From Antedon mediterranea (Eukaryota; Animalia; Echinodermata): a DNA stretch of 64,000 nucleotides. Positions 12,916-24,758 of the stretch are shown here, piece after piece; positions within the stretch are counted from its first letter, which is position 1; the number at the start of each line of letters is the position of its first letter. Under the pieces are notes generated by a model that was given only the letters and a program-made list of their open reading frames with translations, made no database searches and had not been told where the DNA came from. Position numbers and translations under genes: made by a program. The DNA lies in contig NC_092677.1 of assembly GCF_964355755.1 (NCBI RefSeq), forward strand, positions 16,514,101-16,578,100, written 5' to 3'.

Positions 12916-13455
12916 GGGTGTCTGATCATTTCGGCCGCCAGTCATTTCGGCCGCCGGTTATGGAATTGCCAAATTCATGAAACGCCAAAAAGGACAAAAT
13001 ATGTATTGTTAATTTCGGCCGCCAGAATTGTAATTATTCTTGAATATGTATGACACGCCATGTGTGTTAAAATGTTAATATTTTACTAAATAGTGTATTA
13101 TTAAGCCGAATCGGCGGTCTTCAATTCCAGAAACAGCAAGCGATATTTATAGCGTGCACATTGCCATCACTACAGTGAATATTAATGATATTTTTTTAAT
13201 AAGAAGGAGTTGATGCTGAAGTTTTTAGCCCATTGCACAACTGATCTCTAGTTTAAATGATGATAATTCTCTGTGTGGCGTTCCATTTTTTTTCACTGTA
13301 ATTCTGTACAGTTATTTCTGGCTATTTCAATTTGGCGCGCCATACCTGGCGGCCGAAATGATCATGCCATATTTTGTCCTTTTTGGAGTTTCATGAATTT
13401 GGTCGTTCCATAACCGGCGGCCGAAATGATTGGCGGCCGAAATGCACTGTGACCC
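12916..13455. mobile_element. MITE with long (about 90-bp) imperfect TIRs
   Basis: Arms GGG...CATTTCGGCCGCC(x2)GGTTATGGAA...CAAATTCATGAAAC.CCAAAAAGGACAAAATATG are mirrored at the other end. TTTTAG is directly repeated at 12910-12915 and 13456-13461. Confidence 0.85.
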
Positions 13456-13615
13456 TTTTAGGCGCCTAGGCTAGTTAGGCCTCTGGCCGGCAAAAGACTA
13501 GTCTGGGGCCAGCCTAGCCTAGCTAGGCGGCCCTAGAGGCTAGGTCTAGGCCTAGGCTAGGCCTCTAGTAGGCCTAGACTATATTAGGGCGCTATAGTAC
13601 GTAGGCTTTACTTAC

Positions 13616-13740
13616 TTCTTTTTAAGGCACAGAGCCTACTATAAACATATAATAGCCTTACTTAAAAAATAAATATAAAACTCTGCAGAGTCATGTGTTT
13701 TTTTTTTATTGTTATTAATGTAGCGCCCTCTTCAGTAAGT
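13616..13740 (-). promoter_or_regulatory. Probable non-coding first exon and promoter of GSS copy 1
   Basis: An acceptor lies 2 nt before the ATG, so an upstream exon is required. A GTAAGT donor sits at 13615-13610, followed by a TAGGCCTA-rich tract. A similar donor for copy 2 lies at 20287-20282. Confidence 0.45.
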
Positions 13741-14603
13741 AAACTTTTTTAATACAATAATTTTCTATTATTATTTTCGTATACTATTATATCTTGACAC
13801 AGATAATATATATATATATATAATTACATACTGCAATAAATCGTAATTTTCACTACGATGAAATCTTAAAATAAACAAAATGACACTTTGCATAAAACTG
13901 AAAGTAAAGTTTAGTCTCAGCTTCAATATTATGTGAAATAGGCTTATTGGTTAACTTTATCTTTTTGGAAAATCTTTTATTCCAAATACGGATGATCATT
14001 AACTTTAATTTCTGTAAAATTCTAGGCCCTATTCTAGTAATGATTAAACGTTTTTATTTATTATTTAAAGAATATTATATTGTTTTACGGTAACGTGAGC
14101 CTATTGTTTGAAAGTCTTTTTAGGCACTATATCATTTAATATTTTAAACATTTTAAATAACATGTTAGTAACAGGTTTCACACGTAATGCACCTAGAAAA
14201 TATTGTTTAACTATAACAAGAAACTATTTATTGATTGGATCATGCAAAACTTGAATATATTAGTTAATTATAATAATTATTATAATAATTTTTTACTAAA
14301 TGAAAATACAACATGCTAACATTGAGGAGGGGTTAATGTTAACTATACTCAAAAACTCTGACTTCATTTCTGGCTGTTTTACACTTTATCGTTTTGATGA
14401 TTTATCTTGTTGCTTTTCTTTTTTATTTCTGTTGAGCTGAGCTGATTTCCACAGCATTGCCATGAATAATATTCTAATTAAATATATACGTATTTGTTTT
14501 AGTTGAATAGTTTTGATACCGGGTAAGCCTACTCTTACAGATTATTATGTAGTAACATTCAGGAAAAACAAAAGAAACCCGTTACTTAGATTTACGATTT
14601 GAT

Positions 14604-17600
14604 TTAAAATTCAACCAAGAAAGGCGTATCTGAAATCGAGACTCCGACCATTATACCACCCTCATCCACACCGTTGGGTTTCGTTCGTACTAAATGTCCT
14701 GCAAACTCATTCAATACAACATCATTGCCATCACTATATAAAAATGACACATTTTTATTCATGTAAATCATCAAGAAACTATTGTAAAAAAACGTAGTTT
14801 TATTAGTATTACGTACATTTTCATGGATGATATAATTACGCAGATTTTCGTCATGGAGCTAAAGCTTGGTTCCAACTAGGATGCAACTCAAGGACGTAGA
14901 CGCAACGTAAGTGAGTTGACCAATCACAAGCGATGGATTATTCGAACTGTCGCTTGTCATTGGTCAACACATTTGCGTTGCGGTTACGCCATTGCTTTGC
15001 GTCCTAGTTGGAACCAAGCTTTAGTAATCGGTCAGAATGATGTTTGTTACGGTAGTGTGTACTTAGCATAGTATATATAGACATACAATTACTTTAGATT
15101 ATGGCAAAATCCGACCAACTACGTTTTATATTCCTTGTAAATAATATATACTGTAATAAAAAGAAATAAGCTGATGGTAATATTTCTCACCTAACCAGAG
15201 CTCCAAACATACCAAACTCTGAGACCATATTCTGTAGTTTCGGCAGTTCTGGTGATGACACTACTTTATAGCCTGGGACAGTGACCGGGAATATTCGATC
15301 CATCAGGATATATGCATTTCTTTCTGATGTGTTCTGAATTTCCAGGAGTTTGGTGCGAATGTCAACTCCATAGATATTATTTCCTAAAATAATACCAATA
15401 CAAAAAAACAAATGTCAGTTTTAGTTAGTTGAGGCTTATTCCTCACCAATGACAGAATGACTAACATATTGCAAAAGTGTGAAACTAGAATGTTAATCTT
15501 CTCAGATATTAAAATTCTTGATAAATTTTGTCAAATAAAATTAGCAAAATGTAATAAAGAGAAGTAGAGTGAATCAACATATCGGTATTTCCTTTTCTGA
15601 GACTATGTGGTTGTGATTAACGTAGTGACAACGCTTGGTCCTCCTCATGGACGCAACGCAAGCGGCTGGCTCAACGTGTCGACGACGCATACATGCCGTA
15701 ATAACATATTGCGTGGGTACCGACGACGTTTCCTAAACTTTTATTCAACACTCGTTTCTGCTTGGGCGTACGTTGCAATCGACGTGATGGTTCAACTTCT
15801 TGTCGTAAGAGGGGGATGGAAAAAATGATAGAACAGTATTTCTTCTACTAGTCGGAAACAAGCTTTATACAATTCCTAGTGGTCTCCACCCAACCACCAC
15901 ACCAATCTGTATAGACATTATCTTAGTTCACAGTAAAACGTATTTTACCTCCTCCTTCCTTGTTTGGCTTCATCACAAAGTTTTCTGGTGAATTAATCGC
16001 CATTGCGATTGCCTCATCGCCTTCAGCACCCTAGAAACAAATTGAAAGAACTACAAGAAACTGCAAGATAGTATCTTTATTGTATTATAACAAATTGCTG
16101 ATGTAGTATGAGAAAGGTATTATATGAAATGAGCAATAGTTGGGTAGAAAAGCGAAGACATGAGTTACAAAACCATCTTATTATCTTTTCGGAAAATGAC
16201 TAAACTACAATTAAATTCCTAAACAAAGCGGCTACTGCACATCACTCCATAGGCATAGCTAGCAACCATGTTGTAATTGTATTTCTATGTAATTATCCTT
16301 GCCAAAAGGTTATATGTCCAGTTTCGTTATCCGAATATAATCGCCGTCTTACTTTGAATAATTTTTAACAACATGGATCACGGTACTTACAATATCAAGA
16401 GAGTATTGGCCAGTGAATGTTGCCCTGATTGCCTTCACTTTATCTGGATTTGATATGAACCTTTCAACCATCCCTGGCTTAGCTATCACTTGTTGGACTT
16501 TCTTAGTTCCAGCTAGGTGTAACGAAACGTTTGGACAGCATATTGCACGAGACCTTGCAGCCATGAACACAGCATTCCACTCCTATATAAATTAAATATT
16601 ATTATTATTATTTATTTACAAAATACTGTACGTATTGTTTATGAATTAATTTAATAAAATGAATAATTATATACATACCATCTCAGACGTAAAATGGGAT
16701 GGAATGTAACCATCTCTGTAGTAAACTATGGCAACTTCAGTACTATCACTAATTATAAATTAGTAAAAGGAAATCAACAGTATTACTCTTTAAATATCGT
16801 TTAACCAGCCAATCAATGGTTATTACAATTAATCTATGTTGGTTCTTTAATAAAAATGGCAGCCATTTTTGTTATTGAAATTTGAAGTAGATAAACGTTT
16901 GTGGTTTTTCAAAATAAGCATTGGTTCAGGATTTAAATTTCTAGATTCAGATTGGTACATATTGATAGAGCAAAGAACAAAAAAAAATCTATATTCTAGT
17001 GCCATCTCGCAATAAGACATAAATTGATGATATAAGGATGTACCTACGCTGCTGATTGTCATATGTAAAAACTTTACTTTGGGTTTTGTTGAACGCTCGA
17101 TTTAGACATAAAATCAACAGGCAATGGGAACTTACAAGACAATGCGGATTGTTTTGCAATTGTCAGATTGTGGAAGTCTAAGCATATGTAAGGCGACAAT
17201 AATTACTTGCTTTGGCACTAAATTTTAACTCTGACACTTACACTATTAAGCGCCTATCGTCTGACAGTTTTCCTTTTGAACCAATGTCCAATAGTGTAAC
17301 TCTCTTTATTGGAATGTCCCAATTAATCTTCTTAATTCCAAACTCTATTAGTCGTTGGTCAAATATATTTCTTTCTGTACGTGATACAACGAAGATAATA
17401 GCTGCCCTGTTTTATACGAAATACACAGCATAAATTTTCAGTTTAAATAAAATTTAATTTAAATTTTAAAAAATAGAGAACGACAAAACACATTTAGCAA
17501 GAAGTAAAATGTTCTAACTAAATAGTACAGTGTTTTACTCGTAAATGCTAAAATTATAACTTGAAAGGTTGTTTATTGTTTTTCTTGAAATTATATCATC

Positions 17601-19492
17601 ATTTTCTTTTTCTTTTTACAAAACGAAAATAAAGCGAATTTAAAAGTTGACATACTTGGGTGTGCCGTAAATCTCCCATGCTTTTACAAATGCATTTGAA
17701 TACTTTTCTATGTTATTGTTTGTCGGCAGAGACTTTTCAACATCACATCGTCCACCGAGAAGTTGAGTAGTGTATCTATATATAAATTATTTATTTGCTA
17801 TTACTTTTGTGTTATATTTGTCTTTTCCCATTATTTTATTACTATTTCCCATGTTTAGTAGACTATAATTATTTGTGATGATTCTATTTTCTGAGGAGAA
17901 TACTCATTTACTTATGTACTGGAGTTAAATTTGACTGGATAGCCCCGGCGCCACTTGCAATAGTGTTTATCTCAACCATCTTTGGCAGCATCTCATCTGT
18001 TGATCCATCCAAAAAGTAATCTGATCTTAAAAGAGCTAACACTCCGGTCTAGAAAAAAAAAATTCTTTTAAATTATTATCATCTGCCATCATCATCACTA
18101 TTTCAGTTCTGAAGGTATTCCAATATTTAAACCTTTAAGCATTGTACTTCTCTAATTAATTTCTCGTAATTCACCTTCCCTGATTTACTCAACAAAATAC
18201 AATCTATTTATTCATTCTTTTCATACGCATTCAAGAGCGAGTACCTCGCCAATTACAGGATGGATCAACTATTTTAATAATTGATCTTGCTTGTTAAACT
18301 AAGTCTCATTTGATTATTAGGGAGTGGAGTTGAAAAAGTCGTGAGTTACATCCCTGGCCTGGGATTAGAAGGTACGTTAACGTTAAGTAGCTACAGCTCC
18401 ACTTCGTGCCTCACTATCAATAAAGCAAACTTCAATTTTGGCAAGACAATTTCCAAAAGTTCGACAAATCTAGTTTGCCAACTCGAGCAAACTCCGAGTT
18501 TGTCAAGTAAGGTTTGCTAGTGATGTACAGTTGACGAACTTCAGCAAACTGCAACAATCATACACATCTTTAGTTTGCAACTCGAGCAAACTCCGAGTTT
18601 GTCAAGTAAGGTTTGCTATTGATGTACAGTTGACGAACTTCAGCAAACTGCAGCAATCATACACATCTTTAGTTTACAACTCGAGCAAACTCCGAGTTTG
18701 TCAAGTAAGGTTTGCTATTGATGTACAGTTGCAATCATACACATCTTTAGTTTGCAACTCGAGCAAACGAGTTTATCAAGTAAGGTTTGCTTGTGATGTA
18801 CAGTTGACGAACTTCAGCAAACTGCAACAATCATACACATCTTTAGTTTTCAACTCGAGCAAACAAAAACGTATACTTACACCAGCAATATCTTCTTTTA
18901 ATGTTGTTTCTAATATCTTCAACAGCCTGCCAGTGAAATTGTCAGATACTGTTGCTCTGAAACAATTTAACATGAAAATATTCGATTCAACGTCAATCGT
19001 ATCTATTTTTAGATATTTTTAGTCGCGTGGACGCGACTCTATAGCTCACTATGTCGGTCGGTCTGTCGGTCTGTCGGTCTGTCTGTCGGTCCGGTATCAC
19101 TATGCGTTTTAGCACGCAACTTATGGCTGTTGGCCTTGTTTAGTACTTGAGAGCTATGTGTTAAGTTTTATACTCATATTTTGAGGACAAATATTATTTT
19201 TATGTAATTCTTACGATTTTAATGTTTCTCGTATAAAATCATAGTCTTTTGAAATAAGATACAACAGCTCATTAATGTATATTTGAACTTGTGCAAGTTG
19301 GTGAAAATATTTCCTTGGTATCGGGGCTGGCAGAAGAGCATGTGGTCCACACATCACAATATCTGAAGAAGTAGGATTCTCAATGGTCCGAAAAACGAAA
19401 CCATGTAAGACAGCGCAGTCTTTTGATTGATTGTTAGCGTCCGACAGCAGACTATCAGGTAGAGGAAGTTTAACAGGAGAATCCAATTCCAT
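14604..19492 (-). CDS. GSS: Glutathione synthetase-like ATP-grasp ligase, copy 2 (about 480 aa)
   Basis: Exons 19215-19492, 18881-18956, 17912-18048, 17656-17775, 17242-17406, 16679-16748, 16391-16582, 15949-16030, 15191-15383, 14604-14733. Exon lengths and phases match copy 1 except the last exon (6 nt longer), and the frame is intact. C-terminus is GHLVRTKPNGVDEGGIMVGVSISDTPFLVEF*. Confidence 0.93.
14863..15020. mobile_element. MITE family B (PIF/Harbinger-like)
   Basis: TIRs AGCTTGGTTCCAACTAGGA and TCCTAGTTGGAACCAAGCT with TAA/TTA flanks. Related copies lie near 2254-2450 and 25615-25749. Confidence 0.8.
18470..18863. repeat. Tandem repeat, unit about 99 bp, about 4 copies
   Basis: Unit CTCGAGCAAACTCCGAGTTTGTCAAGTAAGGTTTGCT...TACACATCTTTAGTTTGCAA, with an internal deletion in one copy. 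Intronic in GSS copy 2. Confidence 0.9.
19016..19141 (+). mobile_element. Helentron-associated (HINE/DINE-1-like) non-autonomous element
   Basis: Starts in a T-run with the hairpin AGTCGCGT-GG-ACGCGACT, continues into a (GTCG/GTCT)n microsatellite and ends CTTGTT. Confidence 0.7.
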
Positions 19493-20629
19493 TGCTAAAG
19501 CAGAAAAATGAAACACCCCTCTCAATAAGAAAAGCACTCTATCTTAAACTATTGATTAATAATCGGGCAAACATGACACATTCTTGTTAAAACAGAAACC
19601 ATTTATACAAGAGTGCGGAATAAGGCCGAAATAAGTTTGGAGACAAACTTAAATGTTCTTATGGTCATCCCACTTTCTTCCACTAAGTCTTTTTACATTA
19701 GCCATTAATTGTTCAAAACGATATTGCGCAATGTGTTCAGTTTCAACAATTGGAACATAACAATATGTTTACGACGATGATTTTGTTTAAATTATAAATA
19801 TAACATCATATGTTACTGATTAATGGTTATGCTAATTAAAGTGAACTCATTGAACTGAAACGATTGTAACTGCTATACCATTGAATGTGTTTTATGTTTA
19901 TGTGACCAATGCCACTTATAAAAGTGTGTTAGTAAACATTGTGCAAAAGTGTAGCATGCAAGTGACATTTCACTAATAAATAAAATATTAAAATAATAAT
20001 TTAACCTTACTTAGATATGTGTATTTATTTATAATATTATATTTACAATTAATTCACATATACTAATATATTAAAGTTGAAATATGAAAATATCATGCTG
20101 CAGTAGTGTAAAGCTAATCCTACACTTACCGATACACACTGTAGATACTTAATTTCAATTGTAATGTACATGGGCATAAAGGTTTGTAGACTCTGTTATT
20201 CAATTAGTTGGAGAGGGCAGAAGCTTTGTCGACAATTAGATTGCTAAATATACTATTTTAACAAACTATTTCTACAACTGTACTTACTTTCTTTATTTAA
20301 AAAGCGCCCATTCAGAGGAATATAATATGCCATATTTGAAGATGTGCCCCGAACTCAAAAAAGTTCCTAAAAGAAACAAACAAAATACTAATTCAATATA
20401 CACAAAGGTCCAGAGAAAAATGCTCCAGACGTAAGAGGCGCTTTCGTTTTATTCCATTCATGTAGACCTCTAGTTGTAATAGCATAATGAGGTTCCAACC
20501 GGTAGAAGCAGCATTTCATCTTAATTCTTTCTGATCTATACAGTATATCCCATTTTTAAATTAAATCTACTATTCATATCGGTTGTGTGTACAGCGTAGC
20601 TTCCTCCAAATTAACCATAATAATGACAT

Positions 20630-21720
20630 TGTTTATTTCTTCTTTATTTCATCTAACAGCGAAAAATCGCCAATAATAGGATGCATTAAAAATATTTATA
20701 TATAAATATATACATAAAAATAAAGAAAAATACAATATGAAACATACAAAAATGGCAAAATTATATCTAGATCTAAAAACAGTCAAAAATATTGTTAGTC
20801 TTATATTTGATAGAAATTGAATTGTAAAGCTTGAATAATTTTTCGAATAAAATATTTTCAGTTACGTTGATTCGACAATGGGCAAGGGAAGAAAGTGTAA
20901 TTTTAAGAGAGAAAAATTAAAATTTAAAAAAGGGAGTGAAAGCATTTGAAGAGAATATTCAATTTGAAAAAAACTTCTCCAATTATGAAGCGGAGGAAGA
21001 TTGATTAGAAGACCAGAATTGTGGTTAATGAAATAAATAAATTTGGATTGAACACGTTCGATTCTATATGATTGAGAGATCGAAATATAATTATAAATTG
21101 TTGATGAAAAATATAAAAAATCAGTCGGACATGAAAATTGACTTCATCAAAGCTCTTCAGGATATTCCAAGATAAACGATCAAAAACATTGCATATAACA
21201 ACCTAATTAGTTCTAGAAAAATAAAAAATAGTCCTAAAGTATGACTATCACGAGCACAGGAATCAAAATAAAACTTAATATAAAGAGACTCCTGTGATCA
21301 GAATCAAAGAACAATTGTAACATTACAATTGTATAATTAGGCTAACATTAAGTATTACAAAGTACAAGATCTAAAATGTTATCCAAACGAGTATATAGAA
21401 AAATTATATTGCGAAAGGTTAAAATGATTAAAATTGATCAGAAAAACAAACATTTTAGTAGCAAAGTCGATTTATAAGTATGGCTACCGTCGTCAATTCA
21501 CTAAAAACCGAGCAGGTTAAAATCGCCAACTATAACTAATTATTTAGCCTTTGTGGATCAAATATTAGCTTAAAAGATTGATGAAGAAGCTGGACGTTGT
21601 TGTTTGGTGGTCTATAATGCAGTCCAATAATACACATTTTTCTGTGTATGAGGCCTTTAATTCAATCCACATAGTTTCACTGCCAGCATATTGAACCAGC
21701 CTAGTTCTAACCAGATTACT
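20630..21720 (-). mobile_element. Degenerate LINE with APE-type endonuclease remnant
   Basis: Frameshifted minus-strand translation gives ETMWIELK, IIGLHYRPPN, VIVGDFNL and DSDHR, the APE endonuclease motifs in the expected order. No reverse transcriptase domain was seen. Confidence 0.7.
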
Positions 21721-21767
21721 AATAACTGATAACTACCAGAATCAAAAGTTCTACACCTCGCTTATTA

Positions 21768-22025
21768 TGGACTTTACGAAACACGACGGGAAGCCACAGC
21801 GAACACACGTTGTACGTTGTGCATGTCTTTTTGTTGTCCTTTTCTTCTTCCGAGTATGTTGTATTTTTCTGCGAGTACGTTATACATTTCTGCGAGTACA
21901 TTGTACGTTTCTGCAAGAACATTTTTACGTTTCTGCGAGTACATTTAATATTTCAACGAATATATTGTATGTTTGTAATTGTAGGCCTATTTTTGGCGGT
22001 GATTGTCTTCCATAGTAAAGTCCCT
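21768..22025. mobile_element. MITE-like element with internal TTTCTGCGAGTAC repeats
   Basis: Ends GGACTTTAC and GTAAAGTCC. The left end GGACTTTACGAAACA also occurs near 8974. Confidence 0.55.
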
Positions 22026-22759
22026 ATTTATACGATCCAAACGGTGCAACATGAAACAGGAAAGCGGCTAAATGTGTCAATCACCTTTTCAACCAATTTC
22101 ATTGTCATATAAACAAATATTTTTGTATTACTGCTAGGGACAGCATACATGTTGGCATTGAATTACTTATTTACTTAGACTTAGTTTCTCCTGTATTCTA
22201 AAGAACATTGAGCAGCAACATCTGATATCCATTTCATTGAATTAGTTTCTCGCAAACATTTAGTGTACTAAAAAAAAACCCGGAAAATAAAAAAAAAAAA
22301 ACATTTTGCAATTGTTTAGCTCAAGCTATTCCACCGTTAAAAAAATTGAACACTTTCTGCTGAAAAAAAAAAAAAAAAATACAAATACGCCACATGCATA
22401 ATACACACACAATATTATATACTATTAATTAGGCCTATAAAAACACAAACATATTTATATTACTATTAGTACAATTCATTGATTTAATTCCATTGAACAA
22501 GCATTTTGATAGAATTGTTAGTAGGCCTAACTGTAATTTTCTTGATATTAACTGTGTTGTATTTTTATAATATAATATCTAGGGAGAATTGATTTGATTA
22601 TACATGTGACCATATTAATTACACCCAGAAAACGCCTACCTCGAATACACTCACCCTAATATTTTAAATGAAAACCCTTCCGAACAACGTGTATTCGCGA
22701 ATAAATATAGTAGTAACATAGAAAGTTTGTTATCAGAGAAAAAATGTACAGCTGTCACT

Positions 22760-23340
22760 TTTTGACCAATCAACTGTCTTGTTACAAATGTCTTATAAAC
22801 TCAGTGAACCATTTAACCGGCCGGCGGGAAGGAAATTCAATTTCAAAGTTAGCTCCGTTAAACGTACTGAAATTCATCATTTAAGTATAATTTAGAAAAG
22901 GTAAGCTATAAGTTAACATCCAAATTCATTCTAGTTCGTATTTGTACAATTTATTTTTTTCCAACGGTCTTGTGTTTGCAAAAAAATGTCTTTGCATATT
23001 TGATAACTTGTTTTGAACAATTGAGCGCGCCCGCGAAAGAGGACGGTAAACAAAGGTTGTAATTTTATCAACTAAGCTCTTAATTTTGAAATTTTTTTAC
23101 TACAAATCACATAACAGATAATATTTAAACTACATTCAGTTATTAATTTTAAAAATTGAAGTATATTTATTGTGAAAATAATGGTGTTTATGTGAGGGTT
23201 TTCGCGGCAAAAACGCCATCCTACGGCTGGCCTGGCAGCTGATGCGCAGACACAGCTGCGTTGTATAGCTGGCTTATTGGCGCTGGCGGGATCTGTTAAG
23301 GCAGCATCGATTGTTAGAAAGTTCTTCAATAAATGTAAGT
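22760..23340 (+). promoter_or_regulatory. Cyclin E promoter and 5' non-coding exons with E2F-type sites
   Basis: CpG-richer patch with CCAAT near 22766, GGCGGGAA 22823-22830, CCCGCGAAA 23030-23038 and TTTTCGCGGC 23199-23208. Splice donors at 22901 (GTAAGC) and 23335 (GTAAGT). Confidence 0.6.
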
Positions 23341-24758
23341 TTCTTCACTTATCGGCTATAATTTGTTATAAAACTAAGGGAATTGATAAATAAGGTTATA
23401 ATCTATATATTTAAGTAAGATTTGTGCTGTGTTATATATTTTTAAGTTGAAAATAAATCGATCAAAGATAGGTCGTTCTGTGCAAGCTGTCGAAGAAGGC
23501 GGCTAAGCCTGACAAAACCTGAATCTTATTGTACCGGTATCCCAGCTTCCTATCCAACTCTTTGTCTCAAAATACTTCCTGTAGAAAAAATTCTAAATAT
23601 TTTAAGATTTTTATATATTTATTCAATTTTTCATGATAACGTTGTTAATAATTATATCTTTATTTTTAATCCAGATATTGTATTTCAGGTAGGTAGCCTA
23701 GCTACAGTACGATTACCCCTACAGTACAGTACACTCAGCAGTACAGTGAGTGTTCTTGTTCCCCCCAAAAATAAATTGTATTTGTTGCTATACTAGGCCT
23801 ACTCTGAATATTGAATGTCTCTGAATTAATAAAAATAAAATTTTAATTATTAATCTGTTTTACTAACTACAAAACTATGTGAAAAAAGTCTTTGTATGAC
23901 CGAAATATTGCATATATTTCTACTGGATTTTGCATTACGTTTACATCATTTCAATCTGTCAAAAAGACCGTGTTTCCACAACCAAAACAAATTTAATTTT
24001 TTTTAACAAGTCAGATAATTAATAACAAAATAAAGTGCGCATGATCAAATTTTACCGAAAAACCAATGAGTCCAAACGTAACGATTTGTCCTTCAGGTCA
24101 AAGGTTGAAAATTGCATTTATGTGATAATTATCTGATTTGAATGAGACAATTATTGGTTAATTTTTAACGAGTGCAATTAAGCCCGGTTTCCACACAGAA
24201 AATTCATCGGTTAATTACTGGTTGATTTTTGGCTGGGGAAACACGGCCAAAACCGAGTCTTTTAACTGCACCCATATGACCAGTAACATTTAAACAGATC
24301 AGAATTGAAAGTCCAAATAAGTAGATTTTAAAATAAACATAAGTTTAATTTAATAAAAGAATATTTTTTTTGACTTGAGGTGTACCACCACAGTCTTTGT
24401 AACTCTTTCATTGCCATTGTTTTTCCATGCTTTTGTTATCTGCACCATCAATGATAATAATAAAGGGTGTAATTGTTTTAAAATGCTACAGCTTTTATCA
24501 CCTTGTGTGTTAGTCATTCATCAGCGAACACACTGGTAGGCATGCATGTTGGTTCCTCGTAAAATAATAGTTTTTTTTCATGATGGTTACACTAATAATC
24601 ATTTGTTTTTCAATTTTGCATGGCATAAAATGTTTGAAAATAAATACGATTAAATAAATTAATTAAATAACTCGGTTTATAGAAGTCAATTTATTCAATA
24701 CTAACACATTTTTCTATTTATTTTTTAGGTTATTATAATCTATTGTTTACTAAAGATA

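Noticed and set aside
18531-19022. 163-aa ORF
   Set aside because: It consists of the 99-bp tandem repeat plus the antisense of a GSS exon.
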